Of a DNA stretch of 64,000 nucleotides, positions 50,976 to 64,000 are shown one piece after another (the first letter of the stretch is position 1; the number at the start of each line of letters is the position of its first letter). The translations under genes and the position numbers were made by a program. The notes beneath the pieces were generated by a model, which worked only from the letters and a program-made list of their open reading frames with translations, made no database searches and was not told where the DNA came from. The DNA is from Pseudomonadota bacterium (lineage in GTDB: Bacteria > Pseudomonadota > Gammaproteobacteria > SURF-13): the NCBI GenBank assembly GCA_041695325.1, contig JBGFRC010000029.1:4526-68525 (forward strand). The letters are read 5' to 3'.

Positions 50976-52679
50976 TCAGCTCCCGGCTCGTCTGACTTTT
51001 GTTTCCTTGAGCTGAGCGTTGCTCAGCATCTCGCCGGCGTGCGCCAGCGTCTGTCCGGTGATTTTCACGCCCCCCAGCATGCGCGCGATTTCATCGCGCC
51101 GTTCCTCGGCGCCAAGCGCCCGCAATGCGATTTTCGTGGCCTCCTTTTTGGCTTCCTTGACCACTTGAATGTGGTACCGCCCCTGCGCCGCCACCTGCGG
51201 CAGATGCGTCACGCACAATACCTGACGCTGCTCGCCCAGCGCGCGTAACTGCTGCCCCACGATCTCCGCCACGCCACCGCCCACGCCGACGTCCACCTCA
51301 TCAAAGATCAGAGTCGGGATGCGACCGCTCTGCGCGCTGATGACCTGGAGCGCAAGGCTGATGCGCGACAGCTCGCCGCCGGAGGCGACCTTGTTCAGGG
51401 GCTTGAGCGGCTGGCCGGGATTCGCGCTCACCAGAAACTCCACACGCTCCAAACCATGCGCCGCATATTGCTCTTCCGGTACGCGCTCAAGCTGGATCTC
51501 AAATCGCCCGCCCGGCATGCCGAGTTGCTGCATGCGCGCCGTCACCTGTTGTTGCAGCTCCCCGGCCTGTTTGGCGCGCGCGGCGCTCAATTTTTCCGTC
51601 AGCGCTAGATAGGCCGCGCGCGCCGCCGCCGCGTCCTTTTGCAGCTGTTCCAGGCGCGCATCCGCCCCTTCGATATTGGCCAGCTCCGCGGCCAGGCGCT
51701 GGTGCAACTCTGGTAATTCATCCGGGGCTACGCGATGCTTGCGCGCCAGGTCGTGGATGTCGGCCAGGCGCTGCTCCACCTTGTGCAAGCGCTCAGGATC
51801 GCCTTCCAGGTGATCGAGATAGTGGCGCAGCTCATTCACCGCTTCTTGCAGCTGAACGGCGGCGCCGTCGAGCAGCGCGCTTAAGCCTGACAGCCGGGGG
51901 TCGTATTCATGCAGCTTGTGCAGCTCGCCGGCAGCACGCGTGAGCAGCTCCAGGGCCGAGCCTTGCTCGTTTTCATACAATGAGGACAGCGCGCCCTGCC
52001 CGGCTTCCAGCAGGCGGTTCACGTTGGCAAGCCGCGCGTGTTCGGCGTTGAGCGCCGGCCACTCGTCCGGCGTGAGTTTCAGCGCCTCCAGTTCCTGCAC
52101 CTGGTAGCGCAGCAGGGTGAGACGGGTTTCCCGCTCGGCTTGCGCCCGCAGCGACGCCTCCAGCTCGCGCGCGCCGTTAGTCCAGCGTTTGTGCAGCGAC
52201 GCCAGCTCGGCCAGCATCGGCGTGTGGCCGGCGTAGTCGTCCAGGTATTCGCGCTGCGCGTTGCGCTGCAGCAGCGACTGGTGTTCGTGCTGACCGTGTA
52301 TGTCCACCAGCAGATCGCCCAGCTCCTGCAACAGTTGCAAAGGCACGGCGGAACCGTTGATGTAGGCCTTGGAACGGCCCTCCTGCGTGACAATGCGGCG
52401 CAGCATGCAGTCCGGTGCGTCGTCCAGGTCATGCTCGTGCAGCCACTCGCGCGCGCGCGGGATTTCGCCGAGATCAAAGCTGGCGCTGATCTCGGCGCGC
52501 GTTGCGCCGTGGCGGATCATGCCGGTCTCGGCGCGCCCGCCCAAGGCGAGCAGCAGCGCGTCCACGATGATGGACTTGCCCGCGCCGGTCTCGCCGGTGA
52601 GCACGGTCATGCCCGCGCCGAGATCAAGCTCCAGGCTGTCAATGATGGCGAAATCGCGGATGCCAAGATGCGTCAGCAT
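50976..52679 (-). CDS. recN: DNA repair protein RecN
   Basis: TGETGAGKS, IHGQH, ASGGELSR, IFDEVD, VTHLPQVA. Confidence 0.97.
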   Translation of the reverse strand: MLTHLGIRDFAIIDSLELDLGAGMTVLTGETGAGKSIIVDALLLALGGRAETGMIRHGATRAEISASFDLGEIPRAREWLHEHDLDDAPDCMLRRIVTQEGRSKAYINGSAVPLQLLQELGDLLVDIHGQHEHQSLLQRNAQREYLDDYAGHTPMLAELASLHKRWTNGARELEASLRAQAERETRLTLLRYQVQELEALKLTPDEWPALNAEHARLANVNRLLEAGQGALSSLYENEQGSALELLTRAAGELHKLHEYDPRLSGLSALLDGAAVQLQEAVNELRHYLDHLEGDPERLHKVEQRLADIHDLARKHRVAPDELPELHQRLAAELANIEGADARLEQLQKDAAAARAAYLALTEKLSAARAKQAGELQQQVTARMQQLGMPGGRFEIQLERVPEEQYAAHGLERVEFLVSANPGQPLKPLNKVASGGELSRISLALQVISAQSGRIPTLIFDEVDVGVGGGVAEIVGQQLRALGEQRQVLCVTHLPQVAAQGRYHIQVVKEAKKEATKIALRALGAEERRDEIARMLGGVKITGQTLAHAGEMLSNAQLKETKVRRAGS

Positions 52680-52712
52680 GATACTTGCCGGCCGGACAAA
52701 TCCGGCCCTACT

Positions 52713-53615
52713 CTAGAAATTCTCCCCCCAGTGCAGTTTGGCGCGCAGCATCTGGTAGTAGTCATAATTGGCGGGGTGGATAAGCCGCACGCACTGATCT
52801 TTTTTACCGATAACGACGCGCGCGCCGGGCGCGAGGCCCAAGCTGATCTGGCCGTCGCAGGTGATGCGCGCGTTTTTTGCGCTGGCCTCGTCCACCTTGA
52901 TCTCGACGCGGCTGCCGCCTTCCACCACGATGGGTCGGTTGCTCATGGTGTGCGGGCAAATCGGCACCAACGCCAGCGCGTCCAGTGTGGGATGCAGGAT
53001 CGGCCCGTGGCTGGACAAGGCGTACGCCGTCGAGCCGGTAGGGGTGGAGACGATCATGCCGTCGGAGCGGTAGGTGTTCACGAACTGCCCGTTGATGTGC
53101 ACGTCGAATTCGATCATGCGCGCGACGTCCCATTTGTGCAGCACCACGTCATTGAACGCATCGCTCGCGCTGACCGCCGCGCCGCCTTGCTCCACGGCGG
53201 CGTGCAACAGCAGACGTTGTTCCTCCAGATAATGCCCGGCGAGTATGTCATCTATGCGCTGCGTCATTTCCTGCGATGAAATATCCACCAGAAAGCCGAG
53301 CCGGCCCAGATTCACTCCGAGCAGCGGGATGCCGTGGCCCACCAGCGAGCGCGCCGCGTTGAGCAGGGTGCCGTCGCCGCCGACCACGATGGCAAGGTCG
53401 CAGCGCCTGCCGATTTCATCGCGCGAGCCGGTGGCAAGTCCGTGGCCGGGCAGCAGTTGCGCCGTGCCCTCGTCCAGCAGCACCTCGATACAACGTTGCC
53501 GGAGATAATCGCCGAGTTTTTTGAGCGCGCCGCCCACGCCGGGGTCGTCGTACTTGCCGATCAGACCGGCGCGCTTAAACGCTTGTACGGACTTTGGTTT
53601 TGTGACCGATGCCAT
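52713..53615 (-). CDS. nadK: NAD kinase
   Basis: GGDGT, GVNLGRLGFL, DG.IVSTPTGSTAY; start approximate. Confidence 0.95.
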   Translation of the reverse strand: MASVTKPKSVQAFKRAGLIGKYDDPGVGGALKKLGDYLRQRCIEVLLDEGTAQLLPGHGLATGSRDEIGRRCDLAIVVGGDGTLLNAARSLVGHGIPLLGVNLGRLGFLVDISSQEMTQRIDDILAGHYLEEQRLLLHAAVEQGGAAVSASDAFNDVVLHKWDVARMIEFDVHINGQFVNTYRSDGMIVSTPTGSTAYALSSHGPILHPTLDALALVPICPHTMSNRPIVVEGGSRVEIKVDEASAKNARITCDGQISLGLAPGARVVIGKKDQCVRLIHPANYDYYQMLRAKLHWGENF

Positions 53616-53728
53616 AAAGCGCCAACTTAACATATCACTCCCGCTTCATCCATCCCCGTGGACGAATCCGGATGAATTTTCAGCGTGGCGCACTGTTTTC
53701 AAGAGGTGCGTGCTGATCCGCCGCTGGT

Positions 53729-53755
53729 CTGGCGCTCCCTGCGCGTGAGTGCTAA
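53729..53755 (+). promoter_or_regulatory. CIRCE operator upstream of hrcA
   Basis: CTGGCGCTC-N9-GAGTGCTAA versus consensus TTAGCACTC-N9-GAGTGCTAA. Confidence 0.8.
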
Positions 53756-53788
53756 GATATTATTTATTTTCAGTAAAGTCAGTGTGTT

Positions 53789-54832
53789 ATGGAAAATACC
53801 CCAGCCTTGATGAGCGACCGTGCGCGGCAATTGCTGCGTGCGCTGGTGGAGCGTTATATCAGCGAGGGGCAGCCGGTGAGCTCGCGCGCGCTGGCGCGCG
53901 ATACGGGCTTCGAATTGAGTCCGGCGACCATCCGTAACGTGATGGCTGATCTGGAGGATATGGGTTTCATCACCGCGCCGCACACTTCGGCCGGACGCAT
54001 CCCCACCACGCAGGGGTACCGCCTTTTCGTGGACAGCCTGCTCACCATTCAGCCGCTCGCGAGCGACGAGATGCAGCGGCTGCAAAGCGAGCTGGACCCG
54101 GACAAGAATCTGAGCGACTTGATGGAGACCGCCTCCAACGTGCTGTCCGAGGTGAGCAGGCTGGCGAGCCTGGTGCTGCTGTCGCGCCGTTTGCAGCCGG
54201 TGTTGCGTCAGGTCGAGTTTTTGCCGCTGTCTGAGAACCGCGTGCTGGCGATACTCGTCACCAACGAGCGCGAGGTGCAGAATCGCATTATCCACACCGC
54301 GCGCCAATACAGCCCGTCCGAACTGCAACAGGCGGCGAATTATCTGAACAGCCTGTGTGCGGGGCGGGATTTACACAAGATACGCGAGACCTTGCTCATG
54401 GAGTTGCAGGAGACGCGCGAGCGCATGAACGACATGATGCGGCTGGCCATCGAGATGGCGGATAAGACCTTTGCCGTGCCGGAGCCCGGTCCGGATTACG
54501 TAGTCAAGGGCCAGGCGCATTTGCTGTCGCGCGCCGAGGCCGACAACGTGGAGAAGCTGCGCCAGTTGTTCGAGGTGTTCAACCAGAAGCGCGACATCCT
54601 GCACCTGCTCGATCAGTGCCTGCACGCCAAGGGCGTGCAAATCTTCATCGGCGCGGAGTCGGGCTACGACGCGCTGGAGGATTACAGCCTGATCACCGCG
54701 CCTTACGAGGCGCACGGCCAGGTGGCGGGCGTGCTGGGGGTGGTGGGGCCGACGCGCATGGGCTACGAGCGCGTGATCCCGCTGGTGGATATCACCGCCA
54801 AATTGCTCGGTGCGGCCTTGACTCAGCGCTGA
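53789..54832 (+). CDS. hrcA: Heat-inducible transcription repressor
   Basis: YI..GQPVSS, SPATIRN.MADLE, PHTSAGRIPT, GPTRM.Y. Confidence 0.96.
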   Translation: MENTPALMSDRARQLLRALVERYISEGQPVSSRALARDTGFELSPATIRNVMADLEDMGFITAPHTSAGRIPTTQGYRLFVDSLLTIQPLASDEMQRLQSELDPDKNLSDLMETASNVLSEVSRLASLVLLSRRLQPVLRQVEFLPLSENRVLAILVTNEREVQNRIIHTARQYSPSELQQAANYLNSLCAGRDLHKIRETLLMELQETRERMNDMMRLAIEMADKTFAVPEPGPDYVVKGQAHLLSRAEADNVEKLRQLFEVFNQKRDILHLLDQCLHAKGVQIFIGAESGYDALEDYSLITAPYEAHGQVAGVLGVVGPTRMGYERVIPLVDITAKLLGAALTQR

Positions 54833-54882
54833 GCCGCCCACAATTAATTGTCATTTTTAACCGTCATTAGCCAGAGCGACGC

Positions 54883-55425
54883 ATGACCGAAGAACATGTA
54901 ACTGCCACCACTGAACAGCCAGGCTCGCCGTCGGAGGCGACGCAGGATATTCATCTGTTGTTGCAAGAGGCGCGCGCCAAGGCGGACGTGCACTGGGATC
55001 AGGTGTTGCGCGCACGCGCCGAGCTGGAAAATTTCCGCAAGCGCGCCGAGCGCGACATCGAGGCGGCGCATAAATACGGCCTGGAGCGCATCATCGGCGA
55101 ACTGCTGCCGGTGCTGGACAGCCTGGAGTCGGGTCTGAGCGCGGCGGCGGGACAGGGCGCGGTGGATAAGCTGATTGAAGGCATGACGCTCACCCACAAG
55201 CTGCTCAGTAATGTACTGGAAAAGTTCAACGTCAAGACGCTCGACCCCGCGGGGCAGAAGTTCGACCCCAAGCTGCATCAGGCGATGTCGGCCGTGGAGT
55301 CAAAAGACGCGGCGCCCGATACCGTGCTCAGCGTGTGTCAAAAGGGCTATGTGCTGCATGATCGAGTCATCCGCCCGGCGCTGGTGATTGTGGCCAAGGC
55401 GCCCGCCGCTGACGCCCAGTCTTGA
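54883..55425 (+). CDS. grpE: Nucleotide exchange factor GrpE
   Basis: RARAELENFRKR, FDPKLHQA, QKGY.L.DRVIRPA.V. Confidence 0.96.
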   Translation: MTEEHVTATTEQPGSPSEATQDIHLLLQEARAKADVHWDQVLRARAELENFRKRAERDIEAAHKYGLERIIGELLPVLDSLESGLSAAAGQGAVDKLIEGMTLTHKLLSNVLEKFNVKTLDPAGQKFDPKLHQAMSAVESKDAAPDTVLSVCQKGYVLHDRVIRPALVIVAKAPAADAQS

Positions 55426-55449
55426 AAGCATGTTTATCCATCCTTATAT
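55421..55449 (+). promoter_or_regulatory. Putative sigma32 promoter of dnaK
   Basis: CTTGAAA-N14-CCTTATAT versus consensus CTTGAAA-N13/17-CCCCATNT. Confidence 0.6.
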
Positions 55450-55512
55450 ACCCTCATGGTCCGGCGGCGCGTAAAGCCGCCCAGGTCATTATTTAGCAAG
55501 GAGAATTAAAAA

Positions 55513-57438
<1,926 letters not shown>

Positions 57439-57529
57439 CCGTCGCACATTTAGTGCTAAAATGCAGGCAGGTACAAACGCAGAGCAGGATGCTCTGCGTT
57501 TGCGTTTCAGGATTTAAAAAAACAGTACC

Positions 57530-58666
57530 ATGGCTAAACGCGATTACTACGAAACCCTCGGCGTGGCGCGCAACGCGAGCGAGGACGAAATCAAAAAGGC
57601 CTATCGCCGCCTTGCCATGAAATATCACCCCGATCGTAATCCGGGCGACAAGACGGCGGAAGAAAAATTCAAGGAAGCCAAGGGGGCCTACGAAGTCTTA
57701 AGCGACGCGCGCAAGCGCAGCGCCTACGATCAGTTCGGTCACGCGGGCGTAGATGCCGGCGCCGCGGCGGGGGCGGGCGCGGCGTATGGCCGCGGGGCCG
57801 GCTTCACCGACATCTTCAATGACGTGTTCGGGGACATCTTCGGCGCCGGACGCGCCGGAGCGGGCGCGGTGCACGCGGGCGCAGACCTGCGCTATAACCT
57901 GGACATCGGCCTGGAGGAGGCGGTGCACGGCACCACCGTCAATATCCGCATCCCCGCGCAGGCCGCGTGCCGCACCTGCGGCGGCAGCGGCGCCAAGCCC
58001 GGCACCAAGCCCGCCGTGTGCGCCACCTGCGGCGGCCAGGGCCAGGTGCGCATGCAACAGGGCTTTTTCTCACTGCAACAGACCTGTCCGCGCTGCCGCG
58101 GCACGGGTGAGATCATCAGCGACCCGTGTAATACCTGTCACGGCATGGGGCGCATCCAGGAACCCAAAACCCTGTCGGTGAAGATACCGCCGGGCGTGGA
58201 CAACGGCGACCGCATCCGTCTCAGCGGCGAAGGCGAGGCGGGCTTCAAAGGCGGGCCGCCGGGCGATCTGTACGTGCACATCAACGTGCGCGAACATCCC
58301 ATTTTCACGCGCGAGGGCAACGATCTCTTGTGCGAGGTGCCGGTCTCGCTGGCCACGGCGGCGCTGGGCGGCGAGATTGAAGTGCCGACGCTGGACGGCC
58401 GCGTCAAGCTGAAAATCCCGCCTGAGACCCAATCCAACAGGCTGTTCCGCCTGCGCGGCAAAGGCGTGCGCCCGGTGCGCGGCGGAGAAATGGGCGATCT
58501 GTTGTGCCGCGTCACGGTGGAAACGCCTGTCAATCTCAACGCGCGCCAGAAAGCATTGCTCCATGAGCTGGAGCAGAGCCTGCGCGAAGGCGGCAGCAGG
58601 CACAGTCCGCGCGCCAGCTCCTGGCTGGACGGCATCAAGAAATTTTTCGAAGATTTACGTCAGTGA
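57530..58666 (+). CDS. dnaJ: Chaperone DnaJ
   Basis: J domain with HPD, G/F-rich region, four CxxCxGxG repeats. Confidence 0.98.
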   Translation: MAKRDYYETLGVARNASEDEIKKAYRRLAMKYHPDRNPGDKTAEEKFKEAKGAYEVLSDARKRSAYDQFGHAGVDAGAAAGAGAAYGRGAGFTDIFNDVFGDIFGAGRAGAGAVHAGADLRYNLDIGLEEAVHGTTVNIRIPAQAACRTCGGSGAKPGTKPAVCATCGGQGQVRMQQGFFSLQQTCPRCRGTGEIISDPCNTCHGMGRIQEPKTLSVKIPPGVDNGDRIRLSGEGEAGFKGGPPGDLYVHINVREHPIFTREGNDLLCEVPVSLATAALGGEIEVPTLDGRVKLKIPPETQSNRLFRLRGKGVRPVRGGEMGDLLCRVTVETPVNLNARQKALLHELEQSLREGGSRHSPRASSWLDGIKKFFEDLRQ

Positions 58667-59485
<819 letters not shown>

Positions 59486-59764
59486 TTAAAGCCGATTTTA
59501 AAGGCAGTAGGTACTTAATGTAATTTATAAATATATATTTTATGTACTTAATTACATTACATATTTTAGTATTATCTCAGTAAAGATCGGCCTGCCCGCG
59601 GCTACCCCAGGCAGCGTGGCGCGGCCATGGGCGCTGATGGAAGGTCAGCGGGCAGGTCATTGGACAGTGCGCGCCGCATAAAGTAAAATTTGTTTACTGG
59701 TGTCGAAGTGACAGCAGACAACGGGAAGGCCGCGTGCCTTCCCGTTTTCACATGTGGAGTAAGA

Positions 59765-60916
59765 ATGAAGCCGCGTATGCCCGCCCTGTTAGCGTTGCAA
59801 GACGGTAGCCTGTTTTGGGGCGAGGCCATTGGCGTGGCGGGGCAGGCGGTGGGTGAGGTGGTGTTCAACACCGCCATCACCGGCTATCAGGAAATCCTCA
59901 CTGATCCTTCCTATCATAAGCAGATCGTCACGCTCACCTATCCGCACATCGGCAACGTGGGGGTAAACCGCGCCGACGCCAACGCGGACAAGGTGTGGGC
60001 TGCCGGCCTGGTGATTCGCGACTTGTCTCAGGCCACCAGCAGCTGGCGCGCTGAACTGAGCCTTCCGGAGTACCTGCAACAGCAGCACGTGGTGGCCATT
60101 GCCGGAATAGACACACGCAGGCTGACGTGCATCTTGCGCGAAAAAGGCGCGCAGAACGGTTGCCTCATGGCGGGCGATCACATTAGCGAGGCCGCCGCGC
60201 TCAAGGCGGCGCGTGACTTCCCCGGGCTCAAGGGCATGGACCTCGCGCAGGAGGTGACCACCGCCAAGTCATATGAATGGCGGCTGGGCAGCTGGACGCT
60301 GGAGCAGGGCATGCCCGCCCCGCGCGCGGCGAATGATCTGCCCTATCACGTGGCGGCGTATGATTACGGCATCAAGCGCGGCATTTTGAACCGGCTGGTG
60401 GATCGCGGCTGTCGCGTCACGGTGCTGCCCGCCAAGACCACCGCCAGGGAGGCCTTGGCGCTCAAGCCGGACGGGGTATTTCTCTCCAACGGCCCCGGCG
60501 ACCCGGAGCCGTGTGAGTACGCCATTGCGGCAATACGGGAAATTCTGCAAGCGCGCGTGCCGCTGTTCGGCATCTGCCTTGGCCACCAGCTGCTGGGACT
60601 GGCGAACGGGGCCAAAACCGTCAAGATGAAATTCGGTCATCACGGCGCCAACCATCCGGTTCAGGCGCTGGAAGAGGGGCGCGTGCTGATTACCAGCCAG
60701 AACCACGGCTTCGCGGTGGACGAAGCGACGCTGCCCAAAAACGCACGCACCACGCACCGTTCATTGTTCGACGGTTCACTGCAGGGCATCGAGCTGACCG
60801 ACCGCCCCGCCTTCAGCTTCCAGGGTCACCCCGAAGACTGCCCCGGGCCGCATGATGTACATTATTTGTTTGACCGTTTTATTGAATTAATCAAGAAACG
60901 AGTAGCTAGTAGCTAG
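59765..60916 (+). CDS. carA: Carbamoyl-phosphate synthase small subunit
   Basis: GEVVFNT, LTDPSY, SNGPGDP, GICLGHQ, QGHPE; GGAG RBS before ATG 59765. Confidence 0.97.
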   Translation: MKPRMPALLALQDGSLFWGEAIGVAGQAVGEVVFNTAITGYQEILTDPSYHKQIVTLTYPHIGNVGVNRADANADKVWAAGLVIRDLSQATSSWRAELSLPEYLQQQHVVAIAGIDTRRLTCILREKGAQNGCLMAGDHISEAAALKAARDFPGLKGMDLAQEVTTAKSYEWRLGSWTLEQGMPAPRAANDLPYHVAAYDYGIKRGILNRLVDRGCRVTVLPAKTTAREALALKPDGVFLSNGPGDPEPCEYAIAAIREILQARVPLFGICLGHQLLGLANGAKTVKMKFGHHGANHPVQALEEGRVLITSQNHGFAVDEATLPKNARTTHRSLFDGSLQGIELTDRPAFSFQGHPEDCPGPHDVHYLFDRFIELIKKRVASS

Positions 60917-60968
60917 TGCCGAGGATAAGGACATGTCTTTACTAGCCACTCGCTACTAGCCACTGTTT
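60895..60968. repeat. Inverted heptamer tandem-repeat hairpin at the carA-carB junction
   Basis: Left arm AGTAGCT-AGTAGCT-AGTGCCG; right arm ACTAGCC-ACTCGCT-ACTAGCC-ACT. Confidence 0.8.
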
Positions 60969-60971
60969 TTT

Positions 60972-63900
60972 ATGCCCAAACGCACCGACATCGAAAGCAT
61001 TTTAATCATCGGCGCCGGCCCGATCGTCATCGGCCAGGCGTGCGAATTTGATTATTCCGGGGTGCAGGCGTGCAAGGCGCTGCGCGAGGAAGGTTATCGC
61101 GTCATTCTGGTCAACTCCAACCCGGCCACCATCATGACCGATCCGGAGATGGCGGACGCGATTTATATCGAGCCCATCACCTGGCGTACCGTGGCGCGCG
61201 TCATCGAGCAGGAGCGTCCCGACGCGCTGCTGCCCACCATGGGCGGACAGACCGCGCTCAACTGCGCGATGGACCTGGCGCGCGAGGGCGTGCTGAAGCA
61301 ATTCGGCGTGGAGATGATCGGCGCGCGGGAAGAGGCCATCGCCAAGGCCGAGGACCGCGACCTGTTCCGCCAGGCGATGCAGAAGATCGGCCTCGCCACG
61401 CCGCACTCGGTCATCGCGCGCAACATGGAGCAGGCGCTGGCCGCACAGGAGCAGATCGGCTTTCCCGCCATCATCCGGCCGTCCTTCACCCTGGGCGGCA
61501 TGGGCGGCGGCATTGCCTACAACCGCGAAGAGTTCGAGCAGATTTGCGAACGCGGCCTGGACTTCTCGCCCACGCGCGAGCTGCTGATCGAGGAATCGGT
61601 GCTGGGCTGGAAAGAGTTTGAAATGGAGGTGGTGCGCGACCGCAAGGACAACTGCATCATCGTGTGCTCCATCGAGAATTTTGATCCGATGGGTGTGCAC
61701 ACCGGCGACTCGATCACGGTGGCGCCGGCGCAGACGCTCACCGACAAGGAATACCAGATTATGCGCAATGCCTCGCTCGCGGTGTTGCGCGAGATCGGCG
61801 TGGATACCGGCGGCTCCAACGTGCAGTTCGCGGTGAACCCGGCGGACGGCCGTCTCATTATCATCGAGATGAATCCGCGCGTGTCGCGTTCCTCCGCGCT
61901 CGCTTCCAAGGCCACCGGCTTTCCCATCGCCAAGGTGGCGGCCAAGCTCGCGGTGGGCTACACGCTGGATGAGTTGCGCAACGAGATCACCGGCTCTGTA
62001 ACCCCGGCCTCGTTCGAGCCAACCATAGATTATGTCGTGACCAAGGTGCCGCGCTTCACCTTTGAGAAATTCCCCCAGGCCGACGCGCGCCTCACCACGC
62101 AGATGAAGTCGGTGGGCGAGGTGATGGCCATCGGGCGCACCTTCCAGGAGTCGCTGCAGAAGGCCTTGCGCGGGCTGGAAACCGGCGTGGACGGCTTGAC
62201 GGAAAAAATTGATATTGAATCGGAAGGCGCGCTGAACAAAATCCGCCACGAGCTGCGCGTGCCGGGCGCGGAGCGCCTGTGGTATCTCGCCGACGCGCTG
62301 CGCGCCGGACTGTCCGCGCAGGAGGTGCATGAGCTGAGCCGCATAGACCCGTGGTTCCTGGCGCAGATTGAAGAGCTGGTGCGGATTGAAGCCGAGGTGC
62401 GCGAACAGGGCCTCAAGGCATTGGACAAGACTCGCCTGTATTATCTCAAGCGCAAGGGCTTCTCCGATCATCGCCTGGCAAGCCTGTTGAATGTGAAGGA
62501 AGATGCGATGCGCGCGCTGCGCCATAAACTCAAGGTGCGGCCGGTGTACAAGCGCGTGGACTCCTGCGCGGCGGAGTTCGCCTCGCACACCGCTTACCTG
62601 TATTCCACCTATGAAGAGGAATGCGAGGCCGCGCCGAGCGCGCGCGATAAGATCATGGTGCTGGGCGGCGGACCGAACCGCATCGGCCAAGGGATCGAGT
62701 TTGATTACTGCTGCGTGCACGCCTCGCAGGCGCTGCGCGCGGTGGGCTACGAGACCATCATGGTCAATTGCAATCCGGAGACCGTATCCACCGATTACGA
62801 CACCTCGGACCGGCTGTATTTCGAGCCGCTCACCCTGGAGGACGTGCTGGAGACCATTCAGGTCGAGAGACCTAAGGGCCTGATTGTGCAATACGGCGGA
62901 CAAACGCCGCTCAAGCTGGCGCGTGCGCTGGAGCAAAATGGCGCGCCCATCATCGGCACCAGCCCGGACTCGATAGACGTCGCGGAAGACCGGGAGCGGT
63001 TCCAGAAAATGATTACGGAGCTGGGCTTGGGTCAGCCGCCCAACCGCACCGCGCGCAGCGCCGAGGAGGCGGTGCGCGCGGCGCGGGAGATCGGCTATCC
63101 GCTGGTGGTGCGGCCTTCTTACGTGCTGGGCGGGCGGGCGATGGAGATCGTGCGTCATGAAGACGAGCTGCACCGCTACATGCGCGACGCGGTGCGCGTG
63201 TCCAACGACGCGCCGGTGCTGCTGGATCGTTTCCTGAGCGACGCCATCGAGGTGGACGTGGACGCGCTGGCGGACGGCAAAGAGGTGCTGATCGGCGGCA
63301 TCATGCAGCATATCGAGGAAGCTGGCATCCACTCCGGCGATTCGGCCTGCTCGCTGCCGCCCTACAGTCTGTCTCCCGCGTTGCAAGACGAACTGCGCGC
63401 ACAGGTGAAAAAAATGGCGCGGCGCCTGAACGTGGTGGGACTGATGAACACCCAGTTCGCCATCCAGAACGGGAAGGTTTACGTGCTGGAGGTGAACCCG
63501 CGCGCCTCACGCACCGTGCCCTTCGTGTCCAAGGCCATCGGCCGACCGCTGGCCAAGATCGCGGCGCTGTGCATGGTGGGCAAGACCCTGGCCGCGCAGG
63601 GTGTTTCACGCGAAATCATTCCACGCTATTATTCCGTGAAAGAAGCGGTGTTTCCGTTCATCAAATTCCCCGGCGTGGATCCGCTGCTCGGCCCGGAGAT
63701 GAAGTCCACCGGCGAGGTCATGGGGGTGGATTACAGCTTCGGCGCTGCGTTCGCCAAGGCGCAACTGGCCGCGGGGGTAGACCTGCCGCGCGCAGGCCGC
63801 GCCTTCATCAGCGTGCGCGAGCAGGATAAGCCGGAAGCGGCTGACGTGGCGCGCGCCTTGCGCGAGCTGGGCTTCGCCTTGCTTGCCACTCACGGCACCG

Positions 63901-64000
63901 CCCAGGCCCTGGCCAGGGCCGGCATTCCGCACGCGCGCGTGAACAAGGTGATGGAAGGCCGCCCGCACATCGTGGACATGATTAAAAACGACGAGGTGAG
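60972..64000 (+). CDS. carB: Carbamoyl-phosphate synthase large subunit (3' truncated by window edge)
   Basis: [30 protein letters not shown] read directly from sequence; second ATP-grasp half [15 protein letters not shown]; runs off the window so absent from the ORF track. Confidence 0.97.
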   Translation, partial: MPKRTDIESILIIGAGPIVIGQACEFDYSGVQACKALREEGYRVILVNSNPATIMTDPEMADAIYIEPITWRTVARVIEQERPDALLPTMGGQTALNCAMDLAREGVLKQFGVEMIGAREEAIAKAEDRDLFRQAMQKIGLATPHSVIARNMEQALAAQEQIGFPAIIRPSFTLGGMGGGIAYNREEFEQICERGLDFSPTRELLIEESVLGWKEFEMEVVRDRKDNCIIVCSIENFDPMGVHTGDSITVAPAQTLTDKEYQIMRNASLAVLREIGVDTGGSNVQFAVNPADGRLIIIEMNPRVSRSSALASKATGFPIAKVAAKLAVGYTLDELRNEITGSVTPASFEPTIDYVVTKVPRFTFEKFPQADARLTTQMKSVGEVMAIGRTFQESLQKALRGLETGVDGLTEKIDIESEGALNKIRHELRVPGAERLWYLADALRAGLSAQEVHELSRIDPWFLAQIEELVRIEAEVREQGLKALDKTRLYYLKRKGFSDHRLASLLNVKEDAMRALRHKLKVRPVYKRVDSCAAEFASHTAYLYSTYEEECEAAPSARDKIMVLGGGPNRIGQGIEFDYCCVHASQALRAVGYETIMVNCNPETVSTDYDTSDRLYFEPLTLEDVLETIQVERPKGLIVQYGGQTPLKLARALEQNGAPIIGTSPDSIDVAEDRERFQKMITELGLGQPPNRTARSAEEAVRAAREIGYPLVVRPSYVLGGRAMEIVRHEDELHRYMRDAVRVSNDAPVLLDRFLSDAIEVDVDALADGKEVLIGGIMQHIEEAGIHSGDSACSLPPYSLSPALQDELRAQVKKMARRLNVVGLMNTQFAIQNGKVYVLEVNPRASRTVPFVSKAIGRPLAKIAALCMVGKTLAAQGVSREIIPRYYSVKEAVFPFIKFPGVDPLLGPEMKSTGEVMGVDYSFGAAFAKAQLAAGVDLPRAGRAFISVREQDKPEAADVARALRELGFALLATHGTAQALARAGIPHARVNKVMEGRPHIVDMIKNDEV

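Noticed and set aside
57441-57460. CIRCE-like half site AGTGCTAA after dnaK
   Set aside because: No matching left arm at 9-bp spacing
59505-59560. Possible dif (XerCD) site in the AT-rich island
   Set aside because: No adequate match to the XerD arm TTATGTTAAAT at 6-bp spacing from a XerC arm
60820-60855. CarA motif HPEDCPGP instead of the usual HPEASPGP
   Set aside because: Catalytic Cys (GICLG), His and Glu are intact; probably neutral variation

Overview
High-GC gammaproteobacterial chromosome segment, mostly core genes. In order: partial GGDEF-EAL gene, mtaD, ompA-like, mtnA, the gyrA-serC-serA-pheA-hisC-tyrA-aroA-cmk-rpsA-ihfB-lapAB-pyrF block, envelope glycan genes (WecA/WbpL-like, WbpM-like, galU), hemH, a very basic histone H1-like ORF, moeA/mobA, and a sigma54/NtrC-type nitrate assimilation operon (nirB-nirD-nasA-narK) ending in a PP2C/Ser-Thr kinase fusion. 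An 11-kb defence cluster abuts the tmRNA 3' end: type I R-M hsdR, RhuM-Fic/Doc, hsdS, a PHP-ABC ATPase (Ppl-like) split by an intact IS3, and hsdM. After it come ssrA-smpB-ratAB-bamE-fur, an L,D-transpeptidase/YcbK pair, recN-nadK and hrcA-grpE-dnaK-dnaJ-dapB-carA-carB (partial). The most unusual signals are small palindromic elements that have entered coding sequence: four inside hsdR without breaking the frame, one in mtnA, and others forming the 3' ends of cmk, carA and the EAL gene. Also notable are two heptamer-repeat hairpins at operon junctions, two MITEs with 4-bp target duplications, and a diverged copy of the hsdR 3' end that brackets the RhuM-Fic gene and appears to preserve translational coupling to hsdS. 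All calls come from reading the sequence and recognising motifs; no database searches were run.
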